NCBI RefSeq assembly: GCF_025526975.1
Contig: NW_026515688.1
Location: 186,001 to 250,000 of the forward strand
Direction: 5' to 3'
Length of the DNA: 64,000 nucleotides
Source of the DNA: Fimicolochytrium jonesii
Taxonomy: Eukaryota
Every line of letters begins with the position of its first letter. Within the stretch, counting starts at the first letter, position 1. A program made the position numbers and the translations under genes. The notes under the pieces were generated by a model. It saw only the letters and a program-made list of their open reading frames with translations. It was not told the origin of the DNA and did no database searches. Shown here one piece after another: positions 37,443 to 51,657 of the stretch.

Positions 37443-38532
37443 CTTCGGTAGTTATAATGTGGAGAGAGAGAGAGTGTGTGTGTATGCTTACGAAAAAACG
37501 AGACAGAGAAAGCGAGGGACAGGGAAAAGTGACAGCTTCCGACCAGCGACGCGCTGTCGCTTCGGGCTTTCAAATTTCCTCAAACCAAGGGGAATTCGAA
37601 CCTTTGAACGGGACTTCCCACCCTTGCCCTCCGTCGGCAGCCGCCTCGTTGAAAACCCGTACGAGTTCAACGACGGCTTTGACGCACTCGAAGACTTGCG
37701 CGAAAGGAGAAGCACGGGCATGCTCAGGACGGGACACGTACATACAGTATGTGTCCAGCGATGGTGGCAGCGGCCCATTGTAGTCGGATTCGAATGGTCA
37801 ACCCAGACAACGGAGAAGCGCATTGTACATTGCAGGGCGTCGTGACGGCTGCCACTGCTATATCACACTCTTGGCAACATACGTTCAGCGTTTGGTGACC
37901 ACTGGCAAGAACTTTGCTTTGGAATGAGCAATGCGAAGGGTAAACCGTTCAAGACCGAGGGGGATGAGGAAGAGCGCAGCCGTAGACGTCGCCGTTGATG
38001 GAACTACCATACCTCTGCAGTTGTTGTTGATGGGAAGCGGAAATACCCATCACACGCACAGGCAACCTAGTGTCATCCTACAGCAATTAACGAGCTCTTG
38101 GTTGGTTTGGTCGCCACAGAGGGGCGGGACAAAGGACTTGCAATGAGTCCGTGCTTGGAAGCCGTCATCGCCAAGCAAAGCCTCTGAGATGGAATGTTAG
38201 CGAAGTTTGAGTCCAAACTGCGGCCATCGATGAAGTCGATGGGTATGAAAATATAGAACGTACATTTTGCGTACTTCGGGGAATCTTTCCGTCTTTGCTG
38301 CCTAAGCCTTGAATAATCAACATCATTGGCAAATGCCTTCGTATTTGTGCCGCTATTCGATGCGTTTCCTTGTGCTGGCATTGGGTGAATCGACAGCGTC
38401 TCTCATCAACCTCCGACAAGTGACGGTCGCGTTGAGATCTGCTCCCTTCCGCTTTCTCCCGATCGCTGTCCCAAGCCGCAAGGCTGTCCCAAGTCCGCAC
38501 AGTTCTCCCAAGATCGCACCCAATACAACAAA

Positions 38533-40381
38533 ATGGCGAAGAAACAAGAGCCCAAAATCCCTGTCACGGTTCTCGGCGCTGGCGTCACCGGGCTAACGAC
38601 AGGTAGGTGGCCCTTCCAGACTTCACATTCATATGCAATTGCGTCCCTGTTGTGAACTCACCTTCGCGTTCGTTCGACAGCATGGTATGTTTGTCCGCAG
38701 TCCGACCACAGCTGCGTCAGCCTACGACAACAGCAGTCGTCTCGAAGTTGCTGTAAATGACTGAATGTTATATTTGACAATCGCGATTCCAGTATATTGC
38801 AGAACAGGGGCTATCAGGTCACTGTGGTGAGCCGGGCGTTTCCGGGGAACCCTGACGTAGACCCGATCTACACGTCGCCTGGTGAGTTTACTGGACGGGC
38901 GACAGGAAGGGTTCATGCGCGTGGAAGCAGGGCATGGATCAGATCACTATGGAAAGCTGACTGTAGTATTAATATCGACGCTATGGAACAGCGGCTGGGG
39001 CGCACTGGAGGAGCTACGCGGCGAACGATGATTACAGGGGACAAGGTGAGGAATGCGTCCCAGCTCGGTCTCCCGTTTTATTCTCGCACATCGTATGCTA
39101 AACCGAATGGTTTCTCAGAATGGGATGAGTTGACCTTCCAAACACTGCTACGACTATGCTCGGTACCAGGGACGGGGCTTATGATCGCGCCAGGTACGAT
39201 CCATGAGCCTAATCAAATGGGTATTTCGTTTCCCACGACGAAGGGGTTCAAGCTGATCAGGTGGATATGCATAGGCTACGAGTTCTGGGCGGAGAAGCCG
39301 GATGTATGGCAAGATCCGTTCTTTGCGCGGTTTATCCCGAAATATCAGCGGTTGGAGGCGGAAGCGTTACCGCAAGGTTGCAAGTTTGGGATCTCTTACG
39401 AGACTGGTGGGTACCCTCGTTCTTTTCCCGCGGTGAGTGTATCATAACAACCATCAACGCTTACACTCCCCTCTCGCGAAAACAGTGTGCATAAACGTCC
39501 CGAAATACCTCCCCTGGCTCCTCGACCAGTTTCTCTATCTCGGCGGCAAGACCGAAGAGCGCGACGTGTCACACATTGACGAGCTGTTCCAAGGCAAACA
39601 TGCCGCGAACGTCGTGGTCAACTGCACGGGGTTTGGGGCGCGCACGCTACCGGGTGTCGCGGACGGGCATGTGTACCCGACGAGGGGACAGATTGTGCAG
39701 GTGTTTGCGCCGCATGTGAGGCATACGGTTACGCGGCTGGGGACTATGCATGAGGACTTTACGTATATCATTCCCAGAGACGACGGGATCGTTGTGCTCG
39801 GCGGGACTTACCAAGCGGACAACCAGTAAGTCTGTTCTCAATCTCTCTACCTCCCGTTCACGCGACTGATATTTCCCTCTTCCCACAGCTCACTCGAAGC
39901 GGATCCAAAAACCGCCGACGACATCATCGAGCGGTGCCTCGCGATATGTCCGGAATTGAAACCGGAGGGCAAGTCGCTGGAGATCGTGGCGCATAAGGTC
40001 GGGTTACGTCCGACGAGGGTTGGGGGGACGCGGTGTGAGGCTGAGTGGCGAGGTGAGTGAGGCACAGGCTTGGTCGGAAGTAGGGGGTCCGTTACTGACG
40101 CGACAACTTGTTGCAGAACTAGATAATGGGCGGAAAGTGTTGCTTGTACATAGCTACGGCCATGGTTAGAGAGGCAACGGTCGTATGACTTGGCCCCACG
40201 ATTGGAATGCTAACGGTTCATCTGTTGCACAGGAGGCTACGGCTACCAATCAAGTTACGGCTCGGCAGCAACAGTAACCAAAATCGTAGACAGCGAGCTG
40301 GCACAGCAGCGGGCGTCGGCCCGGGCGGCCTCTAACGGTGCGGCGGCAGGGAGGGGGAGGGGCGGTAACGCTAAGCTGTAG
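38533..40381 (+). CDS. DAO: D-amino-acid oxidase (FAD), peroxisomal; multi-exon
   Basis: VTVLGAGVTGLTT, YTSP|AAGAHW, INVPKYLPWL, VVVNCTGFGA, YPTRGQ, TYIIPR, VGLRPTRVGG, HSYGH|GGYGYQSSYG, C-terminal AKL (PTS1). Confidence 0.95.
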
Positions 40382-40778
40382 ATTTTTGCGTAACTTTAGG
40401 AAAATGTACACAGAAAGGTGGGAAACGGGGGCATGTGTGTAGGGTGAAGGAGGTTTTATGTAGGGCTTTTAGAGCATTTACCGTATAGTGGTTGTGAGAA
40501 GGTTCATTTTACATATGTAGCACAAGTAGTATCATTCCTATCGGAGTCTTCTCGTCTTCTCACGTCAAGGTGGCTGCGTTGATGTGAGGGTGTCCGGATG
40601 CAGGTTGCACAGCCACCGCCTTGCTTGCCGCGTGTCGTTCCCTCGCTTTCGGACGGCACGCGCGACAGAGGGAAGCGAAAGGCTTGCACCTCCAACCTCT
40701 CAAGCACAGCAGCAGGAAAGAATAGAGATTGAGAAAAGCAGAGGCATTCGTTCCAACGTCCTTAGCTGCACGGGCACT

Positions 40779-43700
40779 ATGTCAACCCCCCTCCGCCCCC
40801 GCCCGACCTCCTCCAACGCTCTCCCATCCTCAGCCTCGTCCACCAACCACCACCACGCGCTCTTCTCATCCCCACCGCCTCTCCGACCAACCGCCCACCA
40901 CCCGTTTGAGAACGCTTCCTCGCCGTTGAAGGCTCCTAGTCCGTGTCATGGACTGAATGACTGCGGACGGAGGGAGGGTGATGGTATGTGTATCAAAGAA
41001 ATATCGGCGCGCGTTTGTACGTGGTGCTAAGCTGAGCCTTTACTGGGTTTTGTATGTCTCATATAAATAGATGTGGAACTTTTTGCAATGTTACCCTTAT
41101 CGTCGCCATGTCGCGGTAGCAGCAATGGCAGCAGAAGCTCGATCAGTGATGTGGGTGTAGGGCATAAACGCCCGCGGGAGGAACCAGGCTGCGTGTTGCG
41201 AGAGATGGACTGGAAGGAGAACGCAACGGGATCCGACGAACACATGGACGGTGCCCCGGAGCTTGCTGAGAACCCTCTGAATGCACTCCCAGTGTCGCGG
41301 CCCGGGTGGCGAAAGTACCCGCTTCACTATATGGAACAGGAGAAACCTCCGGCCACGGGATGGTCGCCGTTGGTGCGCAAGAAGCCGGCGGTATCGCGGG
41401 ACTCGAAAACGCTCTTCTCGGGTGCCGCGTGGGCGAGCGGCAAGCAGTTTGCATTTCCTTTGGCGCCGCATAGGGCTTTGGTTGGGAGGGAGATGTTTGG
41501 TGGGTCGTTAAGGGGTCGGATACGACGTAAGTGCGAGTGATTATACTCGTTAGGTCGGGGGTACAGGAGTGGGCAGCTGATCTCTGTATGTTGTGGACCC
41601 ATACCAGCGTCTTTGAGAAGGTATCTGACGCACTTAGTGAGCACCGAGCACGATATCTACCGGACGGTGGGAGAAGCCGGTGTCGAGGTGCCGCCTTTCG
41701 CATGCGCTTTCAAGAACGGTGAGAATTCTTCGGAAAGATTAGTCTGGACTGCACGGATTGGAAACACTGACAATGACATACTTTATTTGTACCAGACGCG
41801 TCAACGAGCAACATCCTGGCCGTAGCAGATGAGGACGGCACCATCGGCCTGATCAATGCACAGCACGATTCTCGTTACGAGTCCCGTAAGTCCCCACTCC
41901 AGGATATCACGTATCCAACCCGCAAATCATGCTAACGAACGGCCGATCACAATTCCCAAACACAGACACCCCACGAACTGAATGGGCCGCACACCAAAAC
42001 GCGATATTCGACATCTGCTGGTCCAATGACGATCGCCACATTGTATCTGCGTCGGGCGACCAGACCGTGCGTGTGTGGGATGTGGAGACACAGAAATGCG
42101 TGCGCGTGTTTGAGGGGAATACGTCGAGTGTTAAGTGTGTCACGCGCAATGAGCGAAATCCGAGTGAGTGGGGATGAGGAGACTGCTTGGCGGGGATAAG
42201 GATGATGGGGAATGGGCACTGACGTGCATCGTGATTTTGACAGATATCTTTGCGACGGCAGCCCGAGATGGTAAAATCATGACTTGGGATGTACGATGCA
42301 GCTCGTTTGGCAATGATGAAGGTAAGAAACGCTTGAGAACTACCTTGCGCGAGCTCCCCCCGAGCCCATGCCTTATGTCCGTTCTACAATTCTCCAATCA
42401 CGCAGTGGCAGGCCAATACCATCGACCAACATGCACCATCCGCAATGCGCATTCGCTCTCGTCGAATGCCTCGAAAAAGTTGAGGAGGTTGACGACGACA
42501 CCTGCCCAGTCGGGCCAATCGCAGAGTGTAACGGGAGTGAGATTTATACCCAATGTGGAGACGATGTTGGTGTCTTCGGGTGCTGCTGATGGGTATGTGG
42601 TCATTTCTATCACGCTCTCTGTGCGTAAGTGAAAGTTCCCGCCGTAATGATTATACCGCAGGCTATTGAAGATATGGGACATGCGGAATGCGGTGTCGTA
42701 TTCGAGGAAGGACCCGCCGGTCCCGTATGCAAGTTCCTCGCCTTCTGCAGGGTCCAAGCGCGCTAGAGGTATGTAGCTTAATAGTCAGACACATACAGGC
42801 GCGACAAGATTACTGATATATTATTCTGTAGGGTTTTCATCGTTCAGCGTAAGCGCTGACGGAAGCCGGATCTACGCCGCCTGCACAGACAATAAGTACG
42901 TCCATATCCCAACTCCCCAATCCTCCCCTCCCACAGTGCACACCAATCAACTCACATACCTCCCCCGTTCCAGCATCCACGCCTACGACGCCCAAAACCT
43001 CGGCTCTCCCCTCCGCACCTACTCTGCCTCCGGGTTCCGTGTCAGCACCTTCTACATCAAGACAGCCCTCTCGCCCGACGACACCTTCCTCGCGGCGGGT
43101 TCGTCCGACCATAATATCTATGTCTGGGAGCTGGATGCGGGAGAGGATCGGCCGCCTTTGGTATTGAGGGCGCATACGGGGGAGGTTACCGCTGTGAGTT
43201 GGTGTGGTGGGGATTTCGGGAAGGTAAGAATCTGGAATATGGCAGGGTAGACATTTGCCTGTTGTTTGAAAGATGGGTTGATCAAATCCTTATCGCAATC
43301 CTCTTTCTACTTCTCTTGATACCCCAGCTCGCATCATGCGCCGACGACGCCACCATCCGGCTCTGGAACGCCGACCTGGCCTATGACGAAACCAAGCAAG
43401 ACCCAGCCTACAAATCCCAGCGCGGGGTGGCCGAGGAAGGCCAACTGCGGAAAATCTTCTCCGTGCTCGATTCCAGTAGCTATACCCTCGACCCGCAGCA
43501 GAGGCGGAGAGCGTCGCCTGAGGATGATGCTGTGACGCCGGTGCGGAGGAGGGATGAGAATGATGAGGACGGACCCGGGGACGGGGAGGTGGACGAGGAT
43601 GCCGAAAATGTGCCACCGGTGCTACCGATGGCGGGGCAGGGGTCTCTGGGTGCTGTGCCTTTGCCTGTACTGCGGCCGCTAGGGATCATACAGGCCGGAG

Positions 43701-43882
43701 ATGTAGCCGGCATGACGACTATAGCAACAACGCCAGCAGCGAACACGACGACGCCACGACGAGCTCCTGGCACCGGCAGTAGCGGCGGTAGCAGTGGGGT
43801 TTCATCGACGCGACGGCCCACATCAACATCGGCGTTGAGACCGCGGTCCATTGCGGAGTATTTTGCCCCGCCCAATTCCTGA
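40779..43882 (+). CDS. CDT2: Cdt2/Denticleless WD40 substrate receptor of CRL4; multi-exon
   Basis: VPPFACAF, ILAVADEDGTI, WAAHQNAIFDICW, SASGDQT, FATAARDG..WDVR, STFYIKTALSPD..LAAGSSD, HTGEVTAVSW. Confidence 0.9.
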
Positions 43883-44479
43883 GCGATAACGCTTGGCTGA
43901 ATCCCATACATCAAAGAGACTGGGGCGCGAGCTCTTCTGTAAATACGTAGCACTTTCTTTCATGGCCGGACACGGGGACACACTGTACAGAACACACCGG
44001 CGGTCATACCCCCCGCAAGTATCGGGGAGAAACGGCGCCTGAGGCCAGTAGAATTCATACATACCTTTTCGTTGTGGGATGATTTTGTCGTCCGTACAAT
44101 ATACACCCAAACAAGGACTTTTTGATTTGAGGATGATGGATGATGCGAGATTTTAGATATTAAGTTAGGTTGTCCTGTGCTATACGCTCTATCATAATGA
44201 CGGATTGCCGACTGAACGCTATATATACGACCTATCAGTCTACATAGTGTGCCACTAGTTCATGCCGATTCGGATACTCTGTGCGATCCCATATGCCCGC
44301 AGCTGACTTTTGTCGGTACCGTGTTCTTCACATTGATATTTACATGTGTGGAGCTTCCTTCCGGCTTAGAAGCCTGACGGGATGGGTGTTGCTCGTGTGT
44401 GCCGAAGAGGCCCGACCCGGTCGAATGATTGTACACTGTGAGAACCCAGCTCCAAGGCCAAATCCTCCGTTTCGGTCCG

Positions 44480-46134
44480 CTACGCCAAATCCCGCATCAG
44501 CACAGTTACAGCGCCCTGGTACAGCTCATCGTTGATGCCAACCAACTGCTCGTTCTGCTGCTGGAGCTGTTGCACCTGCTGCTGCAGTTTCGCGTGGGCG
44601 GTTTCCAGGGCCGATTCCGAGGGGGTGGAGTCGAGGGTGCGGAGCTTGTCGGAGATGGAGGTAAGGAAGGTGGGTTGGAGGGTGGTTGTTGGGTGGGAGG
44701 TCTGTTGGATCGGTGGGTGGAATGGGGTTAGCAGCTGCGGGTGCATAGGAGATGAGACGGGGACGGGACGCACAGAAGTCAAATCGCCAGCAAGGGTCGG
44801 AAGCTCGACACTGGGATCGTGGCGCACTTCCCCGGCGGGCAGGACGTGGCGCGCCCATGGCTTGATGGGGAAGAAGTTGTGAGCGGATGCGGAAGGGTCC
44901 ATTAGGTGTGGCGGTTTGAGGAGGATCTTTACGTCTGTCACTGGGGCTATGTGCAGGTTTGGTGTGTGAGGGTTGTGAACGAGGCGTTTGAGCAGGATCC
45001 AGTGAGGAAGACATACCTTTGTGGGTGGAGAAGGTCCGGAGCGCTTGGCTGCTGGTGGTATCCCACACCATTGCAGTTCCGTCAATCGAACCCGACAATA
45101 GGATTGAGCCGTCGAACGACAGTGCCAGACTCGTTATCGACTGTCTGTTGATCAGAACGCATCAGCATGTGACGCTCCTCCTCATGCAACCTTTTCACCG
45201 TAACTCACGAGTGTCCCATCAAAACGCTCTCATCACTCCGGATATCGTCCACGCCCTGCCTCAAACCAACAGCCTCCCCGCCCGCCGACCGATGGTACAG
45301 ATTCGTCCTATATATCAGTCCCTCAGACGACCCAGCAAACAGGCGTGTCTCAGTGACATCGAGCGCGATGCTCGTGATGGGTTTATGGTACACAATGGTA
45401 GTCAGTAAATCCCCGCTGAGGGCTTCCCAGACTTTACACGTTCGGTCAGCCGAGCTCGTGAAAATCCGTGCGCTTCCAAAGAGGCCGACTCCGACTGCGA
45501 TGTCTGTGATGGGTAGTGCGTGCCCCGAGAGGGAGCGGTGCGGGCTGGGGTCAGTGTCTGCTTGCGGGTCGATGGTGCTGGCTAGCAGCCAAACGTTTGC
45601 GACAGAGTCCTCTCCGCCGGTGATGAAAGCTAGATCGTCGGTGGTGAATCGGATCACTTTTACCGCTTTATAGTGGCCGTCGAATGCTCGGAGAAGCTGG
45701 CCGGTGTTCATCTGCCATATGTACACTCTCCCGGACTGTCCTCCACCAACAGCATAGATTCCCGAGTTTGACATCGCCAAAGAAGTCAGGTTCTCTGGCA
45801 ACACGAACTTTGTCAACAACTGGGCCTACATGAAGTGAGACAGACCGAATCAGTCAGTTCTGCCCGCAACTGTCCGCCCCAATGAGCCCCGCCCTCCCAA
45901 ACTAACCTTGGCCCAATTCCACGCATGCACCAAGCCCCTATCATTCTGCGCCGCCAAAAACGTCGACGAGATCAGGGCGCCTCCCAGGTGCGAGGGCAGA
46001 GGCAGCGTCGCCGTGGCCCTTGCGTTGCTCTTGTTACCCTTCAGCGTCCCAAGCACGGCTCCGGACCGCAAGTCCCAGATATGCACCGCCGGGTCAGTGG
46101 AGGACGCCGTTACTGCGACTTCTGTTATTGACAT
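44480..46134 (-). CDS. IPI3: Ipi3/WDR18 WD40 pre-rRNA processing protein (Rix1 complex); multi-exon
   Basis: SGRVYIWQMNTGQLLRAFDGHYKAV, FITGGEDS, LSGHALPITDI, TSSADRTCKVW, C-terminal coiled coil LQQQNEQLVGINDELY. Confidence 0.92.
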
Positions 46135-47457
46135 ATTATCGTTTTGTGCGGTGCTGTGGCTGTAGACTCCAGGTAATGGAGTGAGAAATTCTGTTTACTC
46201 CAACCAAAGCCATGGCACTGACAAAGGCAAGTTGGGAACAAGTCGTCTTCCGTAAACACCCTCCCGTTCGCCGATTCAATGAACCATATGCCGACGTTCC
46301 TACTGCTGTGCCAGAAAAAAACAGGTGACCCACAAACTCACCTGTATCAGATTACCTTACAGACAGCGATAAGTGTATGCTTTTCCGAGGGGGGGCCGAC
46401 GGTGAAAGAACACGAGGAAGGGTTCCCAGGCAGTGTTTGACCTGTATTGCTGTTGTCCAATTCTTCCAAATTGAGACGGGCGGAGGACACGGACGACTTG
46501 CGAAAAGTGCGAAAACGCGTGCAGGAAGTGAAGGCCAAGTCCAAAAACAGAAGGCCCTCTTAAAGGGGATCCATGCTGCTCCTCCGAGTGCCCTTTGAGA
46601 CCTTTCGACACGAGGTTTTCCCCACGATCGAGCGAGCTCCATTATGAAATATTGCGAGAGCTGCTCGGGAACGACTGGTTGAGAAAGGCAGCGTCGTCAC
46701 CAACTTGTATAGGGTGGACCTTACTGTCTGAATAATGACCGACGAGGTAACTCGGCAAAGTGAGAAAGGTTTCCACAACTTTTCTGGCTGGATGACAGCC
46801 CCCGGTTCGTCTGTCTATGTGTCTACATGAGAATTGCGCTTCACTTCCATCCAAACCATTCCCCGCAGGCAGTCGAACACCCAGTAAGGCAATGATGGAA
46901 ACGTTCCATTGAGGCAAGAAAGAGCTCTAGCCGCTTCATATAAATAACAATAGTGAACAAAACCGGGATCACGCCTACAATCCGAAATGACGAGAATCTG
47001 CCTATGTGGTGACCTTATCCGCCAGGGGCCTACGTATCTATTCAACGGGGGGATGCGGCGCCTTCATCCATTTCTCGACCGTCCCCTACGCCCGCCTATC
47101 CTTCCACCTCATTCGCGGGAACACAGTCGCCGCGTTTCCGCACGTCGGCGTGGTGGTGGCCCCATGCAGAATCAGCAATCACCTCTCCAACCCTATCCGG
47201 GGGGCTGCGGGAAACCAAGTTCAGCGGCGTAATTGCGTTTTGCGTTGGGATACAGGGTTCAGATAGTTGTCCGGAGTCACAGAATTGTGAATGATATGTA
47301 CATAGACATGTGCGTGTGGTGTGCGTATATATGTGTGCGTGTGTTTATGTGTATAGCGTGTGAGTGTGCGTTCTTGCATGCGATTCCGTGTAATTCGATA
47401 ATTCTTCTGCTGTACATTCGTATGAGAAGCATTTCGTATTTTGTCCGCTCGTCCGTC

Positions 47458-48297
47458 TCATCGTTGCTTATCGACCTGGAGGTTACGAGTTGCGCTCGGT
47501 AGTTTGACGGTGACTCCGTCAAGCTCCGGGCTCATGATCACTTGGCAGCCTAGCCGAGAGCTAGACATTGAGCAGGCTCGTCAGTCGTATGCCCCGATAA
47601 TTCATGCAAAAACGATCCAAAATCGCTCGCTCAATACGCACGTCTCAGTCAACCCAAACGCCAAATCCAGCATATCGTTCTCCTCATCAGACGGCTCTTC
47701 CAACTTATCGTAATACTTCTCCTCCACAATGACATGACAGGTCGAGCAGGCCAGCGATCCTTCGCATGCTCCTAAAAAACCCAGAGTGTGAGCTCAATCA
47801 ATCTGCATATGCGCATCGACCGAAAACGGGTGAGAACGGGACGGTACCTTCAAGGTCAATATCATATGCGTGCGCCAAATCTAGCAGATTGTCGCCCTCG
47901 TTGGCTTCTACGGTGATCTTCTCACCCTCTGCCGTTACATACGTCACCTTTAAGCTACGTAAAGTGTGGGTATGAGCAAAAACCTTCCCGAAGTGATCTA
48001 CCACCGTCCATTCTCTCCGCATGTCTCTCCCATGTGACCCCCCAAGGGTGCAATTACATACCCCGTGCCCGGCGCTGGCTTCTTTATCTCCGCATGCCTT
48101 AGCGGTATGGAAGAGTGGATAGCGGCGGCTCTGGGAAGAAACGGGGAGGTGCGGCGGGAAGTCACATGTATTCTGGGGATGGACAGGTTCCGTGGTGATG
48201 GTGATGTGGCGAGATTGCGAAGCTGGGCGGCTCCTCGCAGTGACCGTAGTAGGACAGTGCTGGGCCGCAGTGCTGCTGCTGCTGTTGTCGAAAGCAT
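47458..48297 (-). CDS. YAH1: Mitochondrial [2Fe-2S] ferredoxin (adrenodoxin type); multi-exon
   Basis: Basic presequence; [64 protein letters not shown]. Confidence 0.96.
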
Positions 48298-48513
48298 TGT
48301 GTGAGGGATGCGGTGTTGGGTTGAAGGAACGAGGATGGCCACTGGCCAGAGAAACCGCAACTTCCGTCAAGTCCTTCTCCGCGTGTCCCTTTTTCCAAAC
48401 GACATTTCGCTCTGGGGAAGCAGTCGATCCCACAGCAACATCACCATCACAACGCACTCTGATAGCTGCGCTTTACACTTACTCAGCCTGAGCACCCACT
48501 ACAAACTTCCGCT

Positions 48514-49499
<986 letters not shown>

Positions 49500-50087
49500 T
49501 AGGTTGGAGTGTTTGTGTGAAGGAGGGGGAGGAGGGGAGGGGGATGGCGAGGGGGGGACGGATATGTACATTGGCGTAAGGATGACAGGGATCGTGCGGG
49601 AGGGGTGGAGAGGAGAGCTGACTGGGAATAGGCGACAGTTTCCACGGAGCTGCACATGCCGCGCTGCGCATGACCACGATTTGGATTAGCATCCGCCACG
49701 AACATTGGGCATGAATGCCCATGTCCACGGTGGGGAGGGGTCGGGAAGCGAGAGACGTCAGCGAGTTGAGGGGTAGGAGATGCCTGATAGGGAGGGAAGC
49801 CACCAACTAAGTGACGTTTGGACGTAAGAGGACTGCCCATCCAGCGGCATCGAATGGCGGTAGAGAACCTCGACCTCTGGCGTATTGAAAACCCGGGCCA
49901 CACCTCCACACTTTCCACCATTGTGGTCCCCGCCGATTCATCTGGGTTCATATCTTCTACGCAATGAAAACGCCAAAATAACATGCGTCTGAGTTGAAGA
50001 GCGATGGCTTGCCTTGTTGGTTGCATATATACATAGAATCAGTTTTAAAAAAGCCTGGCAGTGCGGGATAGATAGAGGAACGCAAGA

Positions 50088-51294
50088 CTACGACACGAGA
50101 TCCGCGCGATGTTTCCAATACTTTCGACGGACGGGGTCGGTGTTCTCTAACCTTGCGCATATCTGCGATAACAAAGCATCTATCAGAAACGGCGTCTCAT
50201 GACATATGCAGTATTCCGAGCGAAAAACCAAACTCACATCTTTACAAGCCACCGTATCCTTCCTCGCTTCCGCGATATCGAGCAGGAATGCCGACGCGTG
50301 CGGACCGTGATCGGCGTATTCGTTGCATAGTGTTTCCAGGTCGGGGAAATCGGTGAGTTGTTTGCCGGCCAGTTTGATGATCCTAGCGTGAGGAGACCCC
50401 ATCTTGTCAGCAAAAAACGGCGCGAAACATCGGTCCCCTGCGAATCTCAGTGTCCTCACCCCCTAAGATAAGCCCAAGGACTCTCATTCCTTGGCGACAA
50501 CCTAATCTTCCCCACCACGTACCCAATCTCCTCCTCCAAATTCCCCTCCTCAAACCCCTCGGGTCGATTCCTCATAACCCAATACCTCTGATTCCACGCC
50601 GAATTATTCCTCACGTCCTCGTCAACCAGCTTCTCGACATCCGGCAGCTCCTTCTCCCACAGAGCAAACCGCGACACGGCCCACTGGCGGTACGACCAGC
50701 AATGGTAATTTTTCGAGTCGACGGCGAGCTGCTCATTGATGAAGGCGTGCTCGGCGGAGGCGTCGTTGAGGTGGGAGATCAGCGCTTGGCGGTAGTGCCA
50801 GATTTGGTAGGATTTGGGGGTTTCCGAGGCCATTTCGTCGATGAAGGTTAGTTCGGGGGGAATGGAGGAGGAGAGGGCGAGGACGGTGTCGAGGCGGTAT
50901 TTCCTGTTATGAGACGCGTGTGAGATCACGCTCATTCACACACTGCATCAAGGGGTGTGCAACCCGGCGAAGCGATGGATGTATACCATACAGTGTAGTG
51001 CGCCGGGTTCTGACGCACGAGGAACTTGGTGAGCTCGAGGACACGCGGGCTTCGCTCTTCGGAACGGAGGATTGCTCGGAAGCAATTCATCGCGTCGGCG
51101 TCTAATCGGAGTAGAGGCAGGGTAAATACGGATGCTTAAGTGAGGGATCCAAAGGGAAGCAGGCGCTCACAATCCGGGGCATATGCGATCGGGACGAGAG
51201 GAGTGGGCCCCTCGTCTTGGGGGATGGGCGTGATGTCTGCCCATTCTGGTCGTTTGCTGAAGAGGGTCTCCTCTTTGTCGTCGCTGCTCGCCAT
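50088..51294 (-). CDS. RAM2: Protein farnesyltransferase/GGTase-I alpha subunit; multi-exon
   Basis: RPEWADITPIPQDEGP..LVPIAY, NPAHYTVW, PKSYQIWHYR, SKNYHCWSYRQW, DVRNNSAWNQR, PRNESPWAYLRG, DPVRRKYW. Confidence 0.96.
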
Positions 51295-51657
51295 GGCGAT
51301 AAATATGCTATTGCCAATATAGAAAACCGACTGCTTTACTCCGAGGAAGGAAGGAGAGGGCTGATCAGCGATGACTCTTGTGTATGGGCTGTTCGGGGCT
51401 CCTCGGTGTGTTTCCAATCCCGCTGAAATGGCGTCCCCAAATTCACGGCGGCGCGACGAGAGAATGGAGAGAGAGAGATGAAAGCCACGCCTCCCTCCGG
51501 TCCTTCCCGCAACATCCGTCACATAAACACATCGAGGCCATCGTCGCCATCCCTCGCTCTCAGCCCACCGCTCACTCCCACCGCAGGGCACATACGCCTC
51601 CCCACCGTTTGACCACCCGACGCTGCTGCACATTGTCCCCCCCACTCGTAACACAAA

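Noticed and set aside
40658..40665. ACGCGCGA, an MCB/E2F-like element upstream of CDT2
   Set aside because: CGCG words are common throughout this GC-rich window, so a single imperfect site is not informative
17466..43882. Apparent clustering of ubiquitin-proteasome and cell-cycle genes (Fizzy, CSN6, NAS2, CDT2)
   Set aside because: They are interspersed with unrelated genes and belong to a large functional class; chance is an adequate explanation without synteny evidence
46300..47200. Minus-strand frame containing RYVGPWRI, resembling the GPY/F motif of Ty3/gypsy integrases
   Set aside because: No RT, RNase H or integrase core, no LTRs and no target-site duplication seen; a single short motif is insufficient
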